Part shown: one piece after another, positions 45,989 to 55,741 of the stretch
How the letters are laid out: every line of letters starts with the position of its first letter
Numbering within the stretch: position 1 is the stretch's first letter
Assembly (NCBI GenBank): GCA_036676395.1
Contig: JAKFCY010000002.1
Coordinates: 256,001 to 320,000, forward strand
DNA length: 64,000 bases
Reading direction: 5' to 3'
From: Bdellovibrio sp.
Lineage (GTDB): Bacteria; Bdellovibrionota; Bdellovibrionia; Bdellovibrionales; Bdellovibrionaceae
Translations under genes and position numbers: made by a program
The notes under the pieces: model-generated
Databases searched by the model: none
Told to the model about the DNA's origin: nothing
What the model saw: the letters and a program-made list of their open reading frames with translations, nothing else

Positions 45989-46435
45989 ATGAAAACTTGG
46001 AACGCAAAAACTGAAGAAACAGACAGACAGTGGTACGTTGTAGACGCTTCTGGCTTAAGATTAGGTCGCTTAGCGACACACGTAGCAAATGTTTTACGTG
46101 GCAAAAATTTACCTACATTCACACCTAATGCTGACGCTGGTGGTTTTGTTGTTGTTATCAACTCTGACAAAATTGAAATGACTGGTAATAAATGGAACAC
46201 AAAAAAGTACTACAGACATTCTCGCTTTTTTGGATCATTAAAAGAAAAAACAGCTGAGATCATGAGAGCAGAAAATTCTGCATTCATTATCGAAGATGCA
46301 GTAAAAGGTATGTTACCAGTTAACAAACTTTCTAAAACATTAATTACAAAACTTAAAGTATACCCTGGTGCTGAGCATCCTCATGCTGCTCAAAAACCTC
46401 AAGCGCTTACAATCAAAGTTAAGACTACGAAATAA
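45989..46435 (+). CDS. rplM: 50S ribosomal protein L13
   Basis: WYVVDA..LGRLAT..LRGK; KLKVYPGAEHPHAAQKP. Confidence 0.97.
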   Translation: MKTWNAKTEETDRQWYVVDASGLRLGRLATHVANVLRGKNLPTFTPNADAGGFVVVINSDKIEMTGNKWNTKKYYRHSRFFGSLKEKTAEIMRAENSAFIIEDAVKGMLPVNKLSKTLITKLKVYPGAEHPHAAQKPQALTIKVKTTK

Positions 46436-46443
46436 GAAGGTAA

Positions 46444-46851
46444 ATGAATATGGCAGCAGCAGCAGAAAAATTATTTTATGCAACTGGTAGAAGAAAAACG
46501 AGCTCAGCTCGTGTTTACTTAAAACCAGGTAAAGGCAAAGTAACTATCAATGGTAAAGAATCAGATAGCTATTTAACTCGTTTACAATCTCGCATGGTGA
46601 TCATGCAACCTATCGAACTATTAGGCCAAGCTGGTAAATTTGATTTACGAGTTATGGTTGCTGGTGGTGGTGAGTCAGGCCAAGCCGGAGCTATCCGTCA
46701 CGGTGTTACTCGCGCTTTAATTTTATTCAATCCTGAGTTCAAAGGTGAACTTAAAAAAGCTGGATTTGTTACGCGTGACCCTCGTATGGTTGAACGTAAA
46801 AAATACGGTATCCGTGGTGCTCGTCGTCGCGGTCAATACTCAAAACGTTAA
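46444..46851 (+). CDS. rpsI: 30S ribosomal protein S9
   Basis: [38 protein letters not shown]...QYSKR. Confidence 0.97.
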   Translation: MNMAAAAEKLFYATGRRKTSSARVYLKPGKGKVTINGKESDSYLTRLQSRMVIMQPIELLGQAGKFDLRVMVAGGGESGQAGAIRHGVTRALILFNPEFKGELKKAGFVTRDPRMVERKKYGIRGARRRGQYSKR

Positions 46852-46906
46852 TCGTTTTGTCCAGCTACGCTGGCAATACAAAAAATCATTCCAAAGATGG
46901 TTTACG

Positions 46907-46938
46907 AAAAACCCAATCGAAAGATTGGGTTTTTTTTT
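46907..46938 (+). terminator. Intrinsic terminator of rplM-rpsI
   Basis: AAAAACCCAATC-GAAA-GATTGGG followed by T9. Confidence 0.9.
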
Positions 46939-47417
46939 GTTTAAAATAGGAAGCTTCATTCGAAGAGTTTCATTCTCCGTTCTCTTGTTAGTTTAGTTTT
47001 TCATTTTAAATTTTGTGGTTCGAACGGGTAAATGGAATTGCTGTGCAATTCCATTTATTGTTTGGGGAAGTTAATTTTTCTTCATGGATACTTGGGTGGG
47101 TTTGTTGGTTGATTGGTAAAAATCCTTGTCTCATTGCGAGAGTTTACTCGTCGTTGGTCCAGTTTTGCCGTAATCGGCTGGCTGTTTCCGGCAAGATTGC
47201 GAAAAATTCGGGGTGCGGTAAGTTTGCGGAATTAGTGGGCATTTCAAAAGCCGAGGTTTAAATAAGATTGTGTGTAGAAAACTTAACAGCTTTTTGACAA
47301 TATTGCTTTATTAAATCAAGTCCTGTTGCTAAACTGTATTCAAGTAACCGGTTAAACCTCAGAAATATTCTATAAGTGAGGTTTTATTTATAGGAATGGT
47401 TACTTGAAGGAGCACAA

Positions 47418-47741
47418 ATGTTAACAACACAGACAACAAACCAGATAGAGATCCTTGCTAAGTTCTTGAAAGAAAAACGTGTACAATCAGGTTTATCACA
47501 AAAAGACGTTGCAGAACGCTTAGGTTATTCAACTTCTCAATTCATTTCGAACTGGGAAAGAGGTATTTCTCACCCACCATTAAATACGTTGAGAAGTTTA
47601 TCTCAGCTTTACAAAATCAACCCAGAAGAGATGTTTGAAGTCTTATTAAAGGCGACAGTAGCTCAGGTTGAAGTAGATCTGAAAAAGAAATTCTATGCTG
47701 CTGCAACAACAGCTGCACCAGAAGCTGCGCACGGTTCTTAG
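47418..47741 (+). CDS. XRE/Cro-family HTH regulator
   Basis: LKEKRVQSGLSQKDVAERLGYSTSQFISNWERG; SD GAAGGAG. Confidence 0.88.
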   Translation: MLTTQTTNQIEILAKFLKEKRVQSGLSQKDVAERLGYSTSQFISNWERGISHPPLNTLRSLSQLYKINPEEMFEVLLKATVAQVEVDLKKKFYAAATTAAPEAAHGS

Positions 47742-47810
47742 TACCTGAATTAAAAAGAGGCCGGACTTACGTCCGGACTCTAAATAGCAAAAATTCTCTA
47801 TCACATTTTG

Positions 47811-47857
47811 ACTCTCTCTAAAAATGGTTATAACCAGATTTCGAGAGAGTTTTTTTA
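47811..47857 (+). terminator. Hairpin plus U-tract after the XRE gene
   Basis: ACTCTCTC...GAGAGAGT followed by a T run; a second hairpin CCGGAC-TTAC-GTCCGG lies at 47761-47776. Confidence 0.6.
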
Positions 47858-47885
47858 TGTAAATAAAAAAACATCTATATGCTAT

Positions 47886-47912
47886 TCAGCAACGTCCTAT
47901 TAGTGCCGATAT
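47886..47912 (+). promoter_or_regulatory. Sigma28-type promoter
   Basis: TCAG-N15-GCCGATAT, 7 nt before the ATG. Confidence 0.55.
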
Positions 47913-47919
47913 ATTTTTT

Positions 47920-48456
47920 ATGAAGATTAAATACATTTTTCTATCGGTAATCGTGCTGCTGTCCTTTTATCAGAACTGTTCACAGAAGCGGAATAATGAG
48001 AATGAAAATCGGCGAAGTCTAGGTGATCTTCAGATTGAAAAAGTAAGATTACATGATCAGGATCCGACAGAATTAATAAAAGGTTCAGCTGTCCCGGCCT
48101 TAATGAGTATGAATCAATATTTGTTAGATTCAGCTACGGGTGTTCTTGTTGAGTACAATGGATCGGGTGATAAAGTTGCCACATATTGTTTAACGCAGGA
48201 TCTGTTAACTGAAGCTCGCAATATTCTTTCAAAGTCAGAAGTGTGCAAGCCACTTCCGATGCCTCCTGAGACAGTGTGCGCAGCAGTTGTTATTCCTCCT
48301 TGGGCAGAACTAGTTACTCAAGACGAAGAAGTTATCAAACTAGGTTATGGTGGCTGTGATGGGGCTCTAAACCTTTGTGATGGCCAAGCGGTCGTTTTTA
48401 AGCAATGGATATATGATGTTCGAATGCGGCTACCCCAACTGGTTTGTGGCCCATAG
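47920..48456 (+). CDS. Lipoprotein with YQNCS box, paralogue 1
   Basis: SFYQNCSQK after a hydrophobic stretch; conserved Cys pattern shared with the next gene. Confidence 0.7.
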   Translation: MKIKYIFLSVIVLLSFYQNCSQKRNNENENRRSLGDLQIEKVRLHDQDPTELIKGSAVPALMSMNQYLLDSATGVLVEYNGSGDKVATYCLTQDLLTEARNILSKSEVCKPLPMPPETVCAAVVIPPWAELVTQDEEVIKLGYGGCDGALNLCDGQAVVFKQWIYDVRMRLPQLVCGP

Positions 48457-48496
48457 TTGCACTGAATTTTAACTAAAATTTTCACCTTTTTATCAT

Positions 48497-48523
48497 TTAG
48501 AAACGTCTCATTTATGCCGATAG
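48497..48523 (+). promoter_or_regulatory. Sigma28-type promoter
   Basis: TTAG-N15-GCCGATAG, flanked by CGTCTCA and TGAGACG. Confidence 0.5.
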
Positions 48524-48562
48524 TCTATTGAGACGAACTGGATCATGAAAAGGGGCATTAAA

Positions 48563-49126
48563 ATGAAAATTAAATCCATCATATTTTTAGTTGTCGTTTT
48601 ATTTTTCTCATACCAAAACTGTTCGCAAAAACAATTTGCTGACGAAACTTCACAAAAATCACAAAACGTTGTCAGCAGTCAGAAATTATCTGATCTGCAA
48701 GTGCAGAACTTAAAGTTTTTTACTGAAAAAGATTCTGAAATTCAAAAGGGTGACCATAAGTTTTACGTTAAAACTAAAACGTTATATTCTTTAGATACTG
48801 AATCTGGGGTTTTAGCCGAGCATGATCAGGCGGCTGATACTTTAAATACGTTTTGTTTAAATACTGAATTACTCAATGAAATTCGTTCTTTAATTTCGAG
48901 TTCATCGATTTGTCGTAGTGGCCCGTCAACGGCTGAAGCGTGTGCGCAAGTGATTACCGATCCTTACGCTGAGTTGGTTACAGCAGGCGATCTGATTCAA
49001 TTGGGCTCAGCTTCAGATGCATGTGGATCAAATAAAATCGACCTTTGTGATGATCAATCCAGCGTTTTAAAAGGCTGGATTGAATCTGTTCATTCACAAT
49101 TACCGCAATTAGGTTGCGGTATATAA
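48563..49126 (+). CDS. Lipoprotein with YQNCS box, paralogue 2
   Basis: SD AAGGGG; start at MKIKS; SYQNCSQK; same Cys skeleton (FCL..ICR..ACA..CG..LCD..LGCG). Confidence 0.7.
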   Translation: MKIKSIIFLVVVLFFSYQNCSQKQFADETSQKSQNVVSSQKLSDLQVQNLKFFTEKDSEIQKGDHKFYVKTKTLYSLDTESGVLAEHDQAADTLNTFCLNTELLNEIRSLISSSSICRSGPSTAEACAQVITDPYAELVTAGDLIQLGSASDACGSNKIDLCDDQSSVLKGWIESVHSQLPQLGCGI

Positions 49127-49134
49127 TTTAAAAA

Positions 49135-49926
49135 TTAGTCGCAGTGAGGAACTCCGGCTAAGCCATTATTATATTTATCTAAATCCGTAGCTAAGTTTGT
49201 CATTATCATTCCTGCAGGTGATGCCGGTGCAACAAAAGCTGCTCCCACTGGTGGAATCAGCAAAGCTCCAATGGCTGTGTCTGCATTTGCGATTGTTGTA
49301 AGTATCGGAGCACTGCTTGCATTCGCCAAAATATTAGCTTTTGCTGCAATTAACTGATGTGCCAAAATTAACAAAGCATTTCCAGCCGCAGGTGCATCAA
49401 GAATGCTATCTAACTGCACGGCTGTGTAAGCGTTCGCTCCTAAAGCTAAAGTTGCTGGCGCTGGTATTAATGCTTTAAGTAAAGCTTGTCCTTGCGGACT
49501 GCTTCCCCAAAAACCTTGGGTGCGTGTGCAGCCAAGATCAGTATCAGTTCTGCGTCTGTTGCCGAAGACGATCATCTCGCTTGAATCTTTTGAGGTTATT
49601 TCGTACTCGACACACTGCGGAGTTGTTGGAACCCATGGCGTGTTCAGAGGCAGAACCTCGCAGACAATATAATTTTGAAACGGAAGATTCGTAAAAAGAT
49701 AGCGGCCCTGGGCATCGGTAATATCACTATCAGCATAAGGAATTCCGCCAACATTTTGGATAACGATCTGAATGCCGGGTATACGGGGTTCGGCATTGTC
49801 TACACCATTGCCATTTAGATCATTAAATTTATGTCCGTGAATTGTGCCCCAGGGAGCTGCATGAGCAACAGTGGTAGCGAAAATTAAAAGAAAAACAGTA
49901 ATGATTTTGTTAACGAAAGATTGCAT
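49135..49926 (-). CDS. Secreted SdrD-B/Cna-B domain protein with GCTxTxGFW C-terminal domain
   Basis: Signal peptide; GTIHGHKFNDLNGNGVDNAEPRIPG..TDAQGRYLFTNL..FGN; GCTRTQGFW. Confidence 0.75.
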   Translation of the reverse strand: MQSFVNKIITVFLLIFATTVAHAAPWGTIHGHKFNDLNGNGVDNAEPRIPGIQIVIQNVGGIPYADSDITDAQGRYLFTNLPFQNYIVCEVLPLNTPWVPTTPQCVEYEITSKDSSEMIVFGNRRRTDTDLGCTRTQGFWGSSPQGQALLKALIPAPATLALGANAYTAVQLDSILDAPAAGNALLILAHQLIAAKANILANASSAPILTTIANADTAIGALLIPPVGAAFVAPASPAGMIMTNLATDLDKYNNGLAGVPHCD

Positions 49927-50045
49927 GTGATTTTTTTCCCTTCAGTGCAAAGAATTTTTTTATAAACTCTTTGCACTGCCAGCTTTATGCCAAGGAAGAT
50001 AAAGATCACACGCCTATGTTGCTGGGCGCGAAGGGGAATTAAGTC

Positions 50046-52793
50046 CTAAGAAATTCCCAATTTCGTTTGCACAACCTTGTTAGCTTCATTGATTTTGGTG
50101 CGATCAGGTACAGCACCTTGAGCAAAATCTGGTCTGCCGCCACCTTTACCGCCAAGCACTTGCGCGAAATCTTTTAATAATGTTCCGGCTTGAAACTGAG
50201 ACGTTAAATCTTTACTTACACTTATAATCACAGGATGAGTGGCTTCGCCTGAACCCATCACGATAACTACGCCTTTTTGAATTTTATTTTTCAATTGATC
50301 TGTGATTTGTGCTAACACATCACGATCATCTAAACCCACATCCGCAAATACGTATTTTGCATCGCCCGCAAATGTTTGAGCGGTTTTTGCAATTTCATCG
50401 ACGTTGATTTGGCCAGACTGAGCTTTTTTGATTTGTTTTTGTAAATCTTTAACTTCGTCTTTTTTAGCTTCGATCCATTCAACGATTGATTTATCTGAAG
50501 CTAAGCCTGTCGCTAAGCGAGCTTGTTTTACTTCTTCAGTGTTTTTCATAAAGAATTCAATCACCGCATCACCAGTGATAGCTTCGATACGACGAACGCC
50601 GGCGCTAACGCCAGATTCAGAGATCACTTTGAAAGCTCTGATTTCAGCTGTGTTATGCACGTGGGTTCCACCGCATAATTCGATCGAGAAGGGTTTTTCA
50701 TTCGCAGATAGAACTGGTTGGCCCATTGTTAATACACGAACTTCATCGCCGTATTTTTCACCGAATAAGGCCATGGCGCCTTTATCGATCGCTGCTTTGT
50801 GCGACAGCGTTTCAACTTGCACCGTATGAGCATGTGAAATTTCAGTGTTTACTAATTCTTCGATTTTTTTAATTTCTTCAGAAGTTAGGGGTTTGTTATG
50901 AGTAAAATCGAAACGAGTTTTTGAGCTATCAACTAAAGAACCCGCTTGAGTCACATGTGTGCCTAGCACTAAACGTAATGCCGAGTGCATAAGATGTGTT
51001 GCCGAGTGATTGCTCGCTGTTTGGCGGCGTTCTTTTGATTCAACGTGCGCATTAACAGAGTCTTGGGCTTTAAGTTCGCCAGTCAGCACTTCAATTTGGT
51101 GTAAAAATACGGATCCTTGCTTGATACAGTCGTGAATTTTAGCATCAACATTCGGTGATAATAATAAACCATGGTCACCAGCTTGGCCGCCGCCTTCAGC
51201 GTAAAACGGAGTTTGATCTAAAATAGCATAACCAGTTTCGCCAGCTTTTAGCGAAGTCACTTCTTTTGAACCGTTTGATAAGGCTAAAACTTTTGATTTA
51301 GAAACTAAATGATCATAACCAATAAATTTTGTCGGGTTTTTTGAATGCGTTTGGCCGAATTCGATCACATGCTTTTCATCAGCTTGTAATGATTTAGCTT
51401 TCCAAGATGATTTTGCTTTTTCTTTGGCAGCTTGCATGACTTTTTCAAAGCCTGCTTCATCAACAGCAAAGCCTTGTTCGGCAGCCATAAGCGCTGTTAA
51501 ATCGACCGGAAATCCGTAAGTGTCATAAAGTTTAAAAATTGTTTCGCCAGAGATAGACGTTTGTTTACTGGCTTTTAATTTTTTGATTTCTTCCTGAAAA
51601 ATCACTGTGCCGTTATCAAGAGTTTGTAAGAAGCGGGCTTCTTCGTCTCTGATTGTTGATAAAATATGATCTTTGCGAGATTTTAATTCTGGATAAAAAT
51701 CTGACATCGCCACAATTAAGGCTTCAGACATTGGCATCAATAACGATTTGTCAGTCGAAATTTTTCTGCCGTAACGAATTGCACGACGCATGATACGACG
51801 TAAGACGTAACCACGGCCTTCGTTTGAGGGAAGAGCACCATCTGCTAGTAAAAATGAAGTCGATCTGCAGTGATCAGCTAATACACGAACTGCGGTTAGT
51901 TCTTCAAACTTTTGTTTTTGTTCTTCAGACAATTTTGCATCTGAATTTAAAGTTTTAATATTAGCGCGTTCCCATTTGATCATGTCGGCGTAATTCAATT
52001 TTGAACCGGCTTTAGTTAGGCCTGTCGTAATAATTTCTTGAAATAAATCTGTGTTGTAATTGTTCCAGCAATCTTGAACTGCTGCCGTTAAACGTTCAAA
52101 ACCAGAACCCGTATCTACAGATGGTTTTGGCAGCGGATTCATTACACCTGGTGCTGTTTCTTCGAATTGCATGAATACTAAATTCCAGATTTCAACATAG
52201 CGGTCTTCACCGGCTTTGATTGATTCGAAAGGATCAGCGATTTTTCCAAAGTCTGGGCCGTGATCATAGAAAATTTCAGAACATGGCCCACATGGGCCGA
52301 CATCGCCCATTCTCCAGAAGTTATCTTTTTCGCCTAAACGAAAAATGCGATCTTTAGGAACACCTTCTTGTTTGTGCCAGATATCTGCAGCTTCATCATC
52401 GTTTAAAAAAACTGTAACATATAATTTTTCTTTTGGAATTTTTAATTCAACCGTCAAAAACTCCCAAGCGTAATGGATCGCATCTTTTTTGAAGTAATCG
52501 CCGAAAGAGAAGTTTCCTAACATTTCAAAAAATGTGTGATGGCGCGCTGTAAAACCTACGTTATCTAAATCGTTATGCTTACCGCCGGCACGAACACACT
52601 TTTGTGAAGTTACGGCTTTAACATAGTCGCGTTTTTCTAACCCTAAAAAACAGTTTTTAAACTGATTCATACCGGCGTTCGTGAAAAGTAAAGTCGGGTC
52701 ATTCTCGGGGATCAAGCTTGAGCTTGAAACGGGGGTATGGCCATTTTTTTTGAAATAATTAATAAATGCACTTCTAACTTCAGTATTTTTCAT
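50046..52793 (-). CDS. alaS: Alanine--tRNA ligase
   Basis: DPTLLFTNAGMNQFK, HHTFFEMLGNFSFGDYFK, HSATHLMH, ELCGGTH, GGKGGGRPDFAQG; start at MKNTEVR. Confidence 0.98.
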   Translation of the reverse strand: MKNTEVRSAFINYFKKNGHTPVSSSSLIPENDPTLLFTNAGMNQFKNCFLGLEKRDYVKAVTSQKCVRAGGKHNDLDNVGFTARHHTFFEMLGNFSFGDYFKKDAIHYAWEFLTVELKIPKEKLYVTVFLNDDEAADIWHKQEGVPKDRIFRLGEKDNFWRMGDVGPCGPCSEIFYDHGPDFGKIADPFESIKAGEDRYVEIWNLVFMQFEETAPGVMNPLPKPSVDTGSGFERLTAAVQDCWNNYNTDLFQEIITTGLTKAGSKLNYADMIKWERANIKTLNSDAKLSEEQKQKFEELTAVRVLADHCRSTSFLLADGALPSNEGRGYVLRRIMRRAIRYGRKISTDKSLLMPMSEALIVAMSDFYPELKSRKDHILSTIRDEEARFLQTLDNGTVIFQEEIKKLKASKQTSISGETIFKLYDTYGFPVDLTALMAAEQGFAVDEAGFEKVMQAAKEKAKSSWKAKSLQADEKHVIEFGQTHSKNPTKFIGYDHLVSKSKVLALSNGSKEVTSLKAGETGYAILDQTPFYAEGGGQAGDHGLLLSPNVDAKIHDCIKQGSVFLHQIEVLTGELKAQDSVNAHVESKERRQTASNHSATHLMHSALRLVLGTHVTQAGSLVDSSKTRFDFTHNKPLTSEEIKKIEELVNTEISHAHTVQVETLSHKAAIDKGAMALFGEKYGDEVRVLTMGQPVLSANEKPFSIELCGGTHVHNTAEIRAFKVISESGVSAGVRRIEAITGDAVIEFFMKNTEEVKQARLATGLASDKSIVEWIEAKKDEVKDLQKQIKKAQSGQINVDEIAKTAQTFAGDAKYVFADVGLDDRDVLAQITDQLKNKIQKGVVIVMGSGEATHPVIISVSKDLTSQFQAGTLLKDFAQVLGGKGGGRPDFAQGAVPDRTKINEANKVVQTKLGIS

Positions 52794-52856
52794 AATAAAT
52801 AACATACAAGGTTGGTCTGAAAGCTGCAATTAATTGATGTTATGCGAGGTGATTTT

Positions 52857-54056
52857 ATGAAAGACACTCAACGTTTCATTTTGAGACAATCAGTGCTAGC
52901 TGTATTGCTTTTAAGCTCAACAGCCTACGGGCAGCTTGCTTGCGGCCAGTTGTTTGAGAACAATATTGCGCCTGCTGCACACGAACAAGTCAAAGTGGCG
53001 ATCGGGTCTGATAAATTAACAAAATTAGCGCGCAGTAATGCCCCCCAGTCTTGGGCTTGGTTTAAAACTTATTCTGGCAAATACCTTTCAAAAGATATTC
53101 TAAAATTCGAAGGCATGATTGATGGTGATCCACATAATGGTAACTACGGCCCAACAACAGTTAACGGCAAAGTGAAATGGAAATCACTAGACTATGACGA
53201 CGCGGGAACTGGCCCTTATATTTTGGATTATGCTAAATTTTTAATTTCAATTAAAGCTGTCGACAGCGTAAAAAAAGTAAAAGCCAGCGAATTGTGGGAG
53301 CATTACCAACGGGGTCTTGAAGGCAAAGATTATAAAGAAACTCCGGGGTTGATTTCAGAACTTTTAAGTATGTCAGCAAAAGATTTTCGTAATTTAGAAG
53401 TTAAAAAAGCCGCTAAATTTTCAACGGGCGATAAATTAATTAATGATGGTGAACGATCTACAAAAATCACTGATAAAAAAATGCATAATTTAATTTTAGA
53501 AGTCTTTCGCAGACATTTACCAGAAGGCACACAAGTCCTTGATGTTGGCGGCCGCGAAAAAGAAGGTGGCGGCTCAGGTTCAGTCAACGGTGAAGGCGGA
53601 GCTTTGCGTTTTGTCGCGTTAGTTAAAGGTGCTGACGGGCGCAATACATTATTTGAATTAAAACAAGATGCAGAATCAGGAATTCAAAATTACCAACCGC
53701 AAACAGTCACGTTGCAAGAAGTGTTAAATTTTCACGTGATCGATAAAGGCGGAAACGATAAAAACTACCAAGAAGTAAATGTGAATATTAACGGCGATAA
53801 ACGGTTTGTGTTACGCCCAAAGCCAATTTATTTTTATGATTACGCAAATAAGGCTAAAACCATGAGCCAATTTGCAGAGTTCGAAGCCTTGAGTCTTTAT
53901 AATGCATGGTACAAAGGAATGATGCACGGAAAGCAAGAAAACGGACAACAGTACCTGAAAGCTATTCAGGCAGACACAAACGGCGAAATTTTTGAAGGCT
54001 TAAAGAATGTGACTTGGGCGTACCTTGAGCATCTAGAAACCTTCTTGCCGAAGTAA
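52857..54056 (+). CDS. Secreted DUF2252-like (protein-kinase-like fold) protein
   Basis: SD GAGGTG; signal peptide; GDPHNGNYG...DYDDA..GPYILD; GSGSV...FELKQ. Confidence 0.65.
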   Translation: MKDTQRFILRQSVLAVLLLSSTAYGQLACGQLFENNIAPAAHEQVKVAIGSDKLTKLARSNAPQSWAWFKTYSGKYLSKDILKFEGMIDGDPHNGNYGPTTVNGKVKWKSLDYDDAGTGPYILDYAKFLISIKAVDSVKKVKASELWEHYQRGLEGKDYKETPGLISELLSMSAKDFRNLEVKKAAKFSTGDKLINDGERSTKITDKKMHNLILEVFRRHLPEGTQVLDVGGREKEGGGSGSVNGEGGALRFVALVKGADGRNTLFELKQDAESGIQNYQPQTVTLQEVLNFHVIDKGGNDKNYQEVNVNINGDKRFVLRPKPIYFYDYANKAKTMSQFAEFEALSLYNAWYKGMMHGKQENGQQYLKAIQADTNGEIFEGLKNVTWAYLEHLETFLPK

Positions 54057-54102
54057 GTTTTTAAACGCTAACATGGGCACACCTAAATTAAGGGGAGTGT
54101 TC

Positions 54103-55044
54103 ATGTTAGAATCATTAAGTGTTACAACAATTATTATTGCGTTAGTTGTGTTGTCTGTAGTTGGTGGATTATTTGTAACCGTTAATCAGGGAACGATCAG
54201 TGTCGTTACCATGTTCGGTAAATACCGCCGTATCCTTTACCCAGGATTAAATTTGAAAATTCCGTTTATCGAAACAGTTTTTCGCAGAGTCTCTGTGCAA
54301 AATCAATCGATCGAATTACAATTCCAGGCGATCACGCTTGATCAAGCCAATGTAAATTTCAAAGCGATGTTATTATATTCTGTTATCGATCAACGCGAAG
54401 AAACTATCAAAGACGTAGCGTTCAAATTTATCGATTTCAGCTCTTTAATGCAGACGTTAAATCGCACTGTTGAAGGCAGCGTGCGTGGATTCGTTGCGAC
54501 GAAAAAACAAAACGAAATTTTAGCTTTACGTAAAGACATCGTAAATGCTGTTAAAGAACAGCTTGATGAAGAATTAAGATCATGGGGTTATCACTTAATC
54601 GATATGCAGTTAAATGATATTACTTTTGATGAAACGATCATGGCATCAATGGCGCAAGTTGTGGCCTCAAGCAATTTACGTGCAGCTGCAGAAAATGAAG
54701 CGCTGGCTTTATTAATCAAAAAAACAAAAGCTGCTGAAGCTGATGGTATCGCGATTAAAATTTCTGCTGAAGCTGAAAAGTTAGCGGCAAAACTTCGCGG
54801 TGAAGGTATTGCCCTTTTCAGAGAAGAAGTGGCAAAAGGTATGGCTAAAGCTGCTGACGAAATGAAAAACGCGGGCCTTGATAGTTCGTTTATTTTATTT
54901 TCAATGTGGACTGATGCTCTTAAACATTTTGCTGAAACTGGCCAAGGAAATACGATTTTCTTAGACGGTTCTACTGAAGGTTTAGAAAAAACTATGAAAC
55001 AAATGACTGTGCTTTCAAATCCAAAAACAGTAGGAAAAGCTTAA
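54103..55044 (+). CDS. SPFH/Band 7 domain membrane protein
   Basis: N-terminal TM; VTMFGKYRRILYPGLNLKIPFIE; AE-rich coiled coil; SD AGGGGAG. Confidence 0.9.
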   Translation: MLESLSVTTIIIALVVLSVVGGLFVTVNQGTISVVTMFGKYRRILYPGLNLKIPFIETVFRRVSVQNQSIELQFQAITLDQANVNFKAMLLYSVIDQREETIKDVAFKFIDFSSLMQTLNRTVEGSVRGFVATKKQNEILALRKDIVNAVKEQLDEELRSWGYHLIDMQLNDITFDETIMASMAQVVASSNLRAAAENEALALLIKKTKAAEADGIAIKISAEAEKLAAKLRGEGIALFREEVAKGMAKAADEMKNAGLDSSFILFSMWTDALKHFAETGQGNTIFLDGSTEGLEKTMKQMTVLSNPKTVGKA

Positions 55045-55123
55045 TTTTCTACTTGGTCCGCGACTTGCTTTGATTTCTCTCTATAACATGACTAAGTGTC
55101 ATACTGACTATAGAGGGGAATCT

Positions 55124-55699
55124 ATGCTTAAGTTTTTTATCGTATCGGTGTTATCTTTATGTGCAAATTTCGCATTTGCTCAACAAAACTGTATGAACAG
55201 TTGTTCTACTGAGTGTGTTCGCGCAGCACAGCAGGTTTTAGTGAACTGCAGTGGAGCCACTCCACCACCAACCCAACCATCACAAAAAACAGCTCTTTAT
55301 CATTCTGATTCTTGTAATGAAGGTGATTTAATTGCCAACTTAAGATCTGGTACAGATTGTTCCAGTCAAGCCATGACGTCAGCCCAACGCACGTGGGGCG
55401 TGAAAGTTCGTGGAACTTGTTATGATGTTTCTGATTTAGAAACTCCAACAGCTTGCGTGAAATATAAAGCTGCAGGCAATGCGAGCGCGACACTCTTTTA
55501 TCATAGTGATTCTTGTCAGACATCAGAACTTATGGCCGCAGTTGATGAAACTACAGACTGTGAAGCTTTGGCAAAAGTATCGAGTGATCGCGTTTGGGGT
55601 GTAGTAACGGATGGTCAATGCATTGATATTTCGGATATGGATTTAAAAGAAGCTTGTTCGCGTTATAAAGATGCTTTTGTTTTTGAGAAGAAAAAATAG
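55124..55699 (+). CDS. Secreted Cys-rich protein with two internal repeats
   Basis: SD GAGGGG; signal peptide ending AFA; repeat YHSDSC...DC...RxWGV...GxCxDxSD...AC..YK occurs twice. Confidence 0.7.
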   Translation: MLKFFIVSVLSLCANFAFAQQNCMNSCSTECVRAAQQVLVNCSGATPPPTQPSQKTALYHSDSCNEGDLIANLRSGTDCSSQAMTSAQRTWGVKVRGTCYDVSDLETPTACVKYKAAGNASATLFYHSDSCQTSELMAAVDETTDCEALAKVSSDRVWGVVTDGQCIDISDMDLKEACSRYKDAFVFEKKK

Positions 55700-55741
55700 T
55701 TTTTATCTCTTCTTGTGGGCTGTCTTTCTGATGGCCCGCTC

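Noticed and set aside
47013..47261. 82-aa ORF after rpsI
   Set aside because: TTG start with no SD, lies after a strong terminator, unnatural composition.
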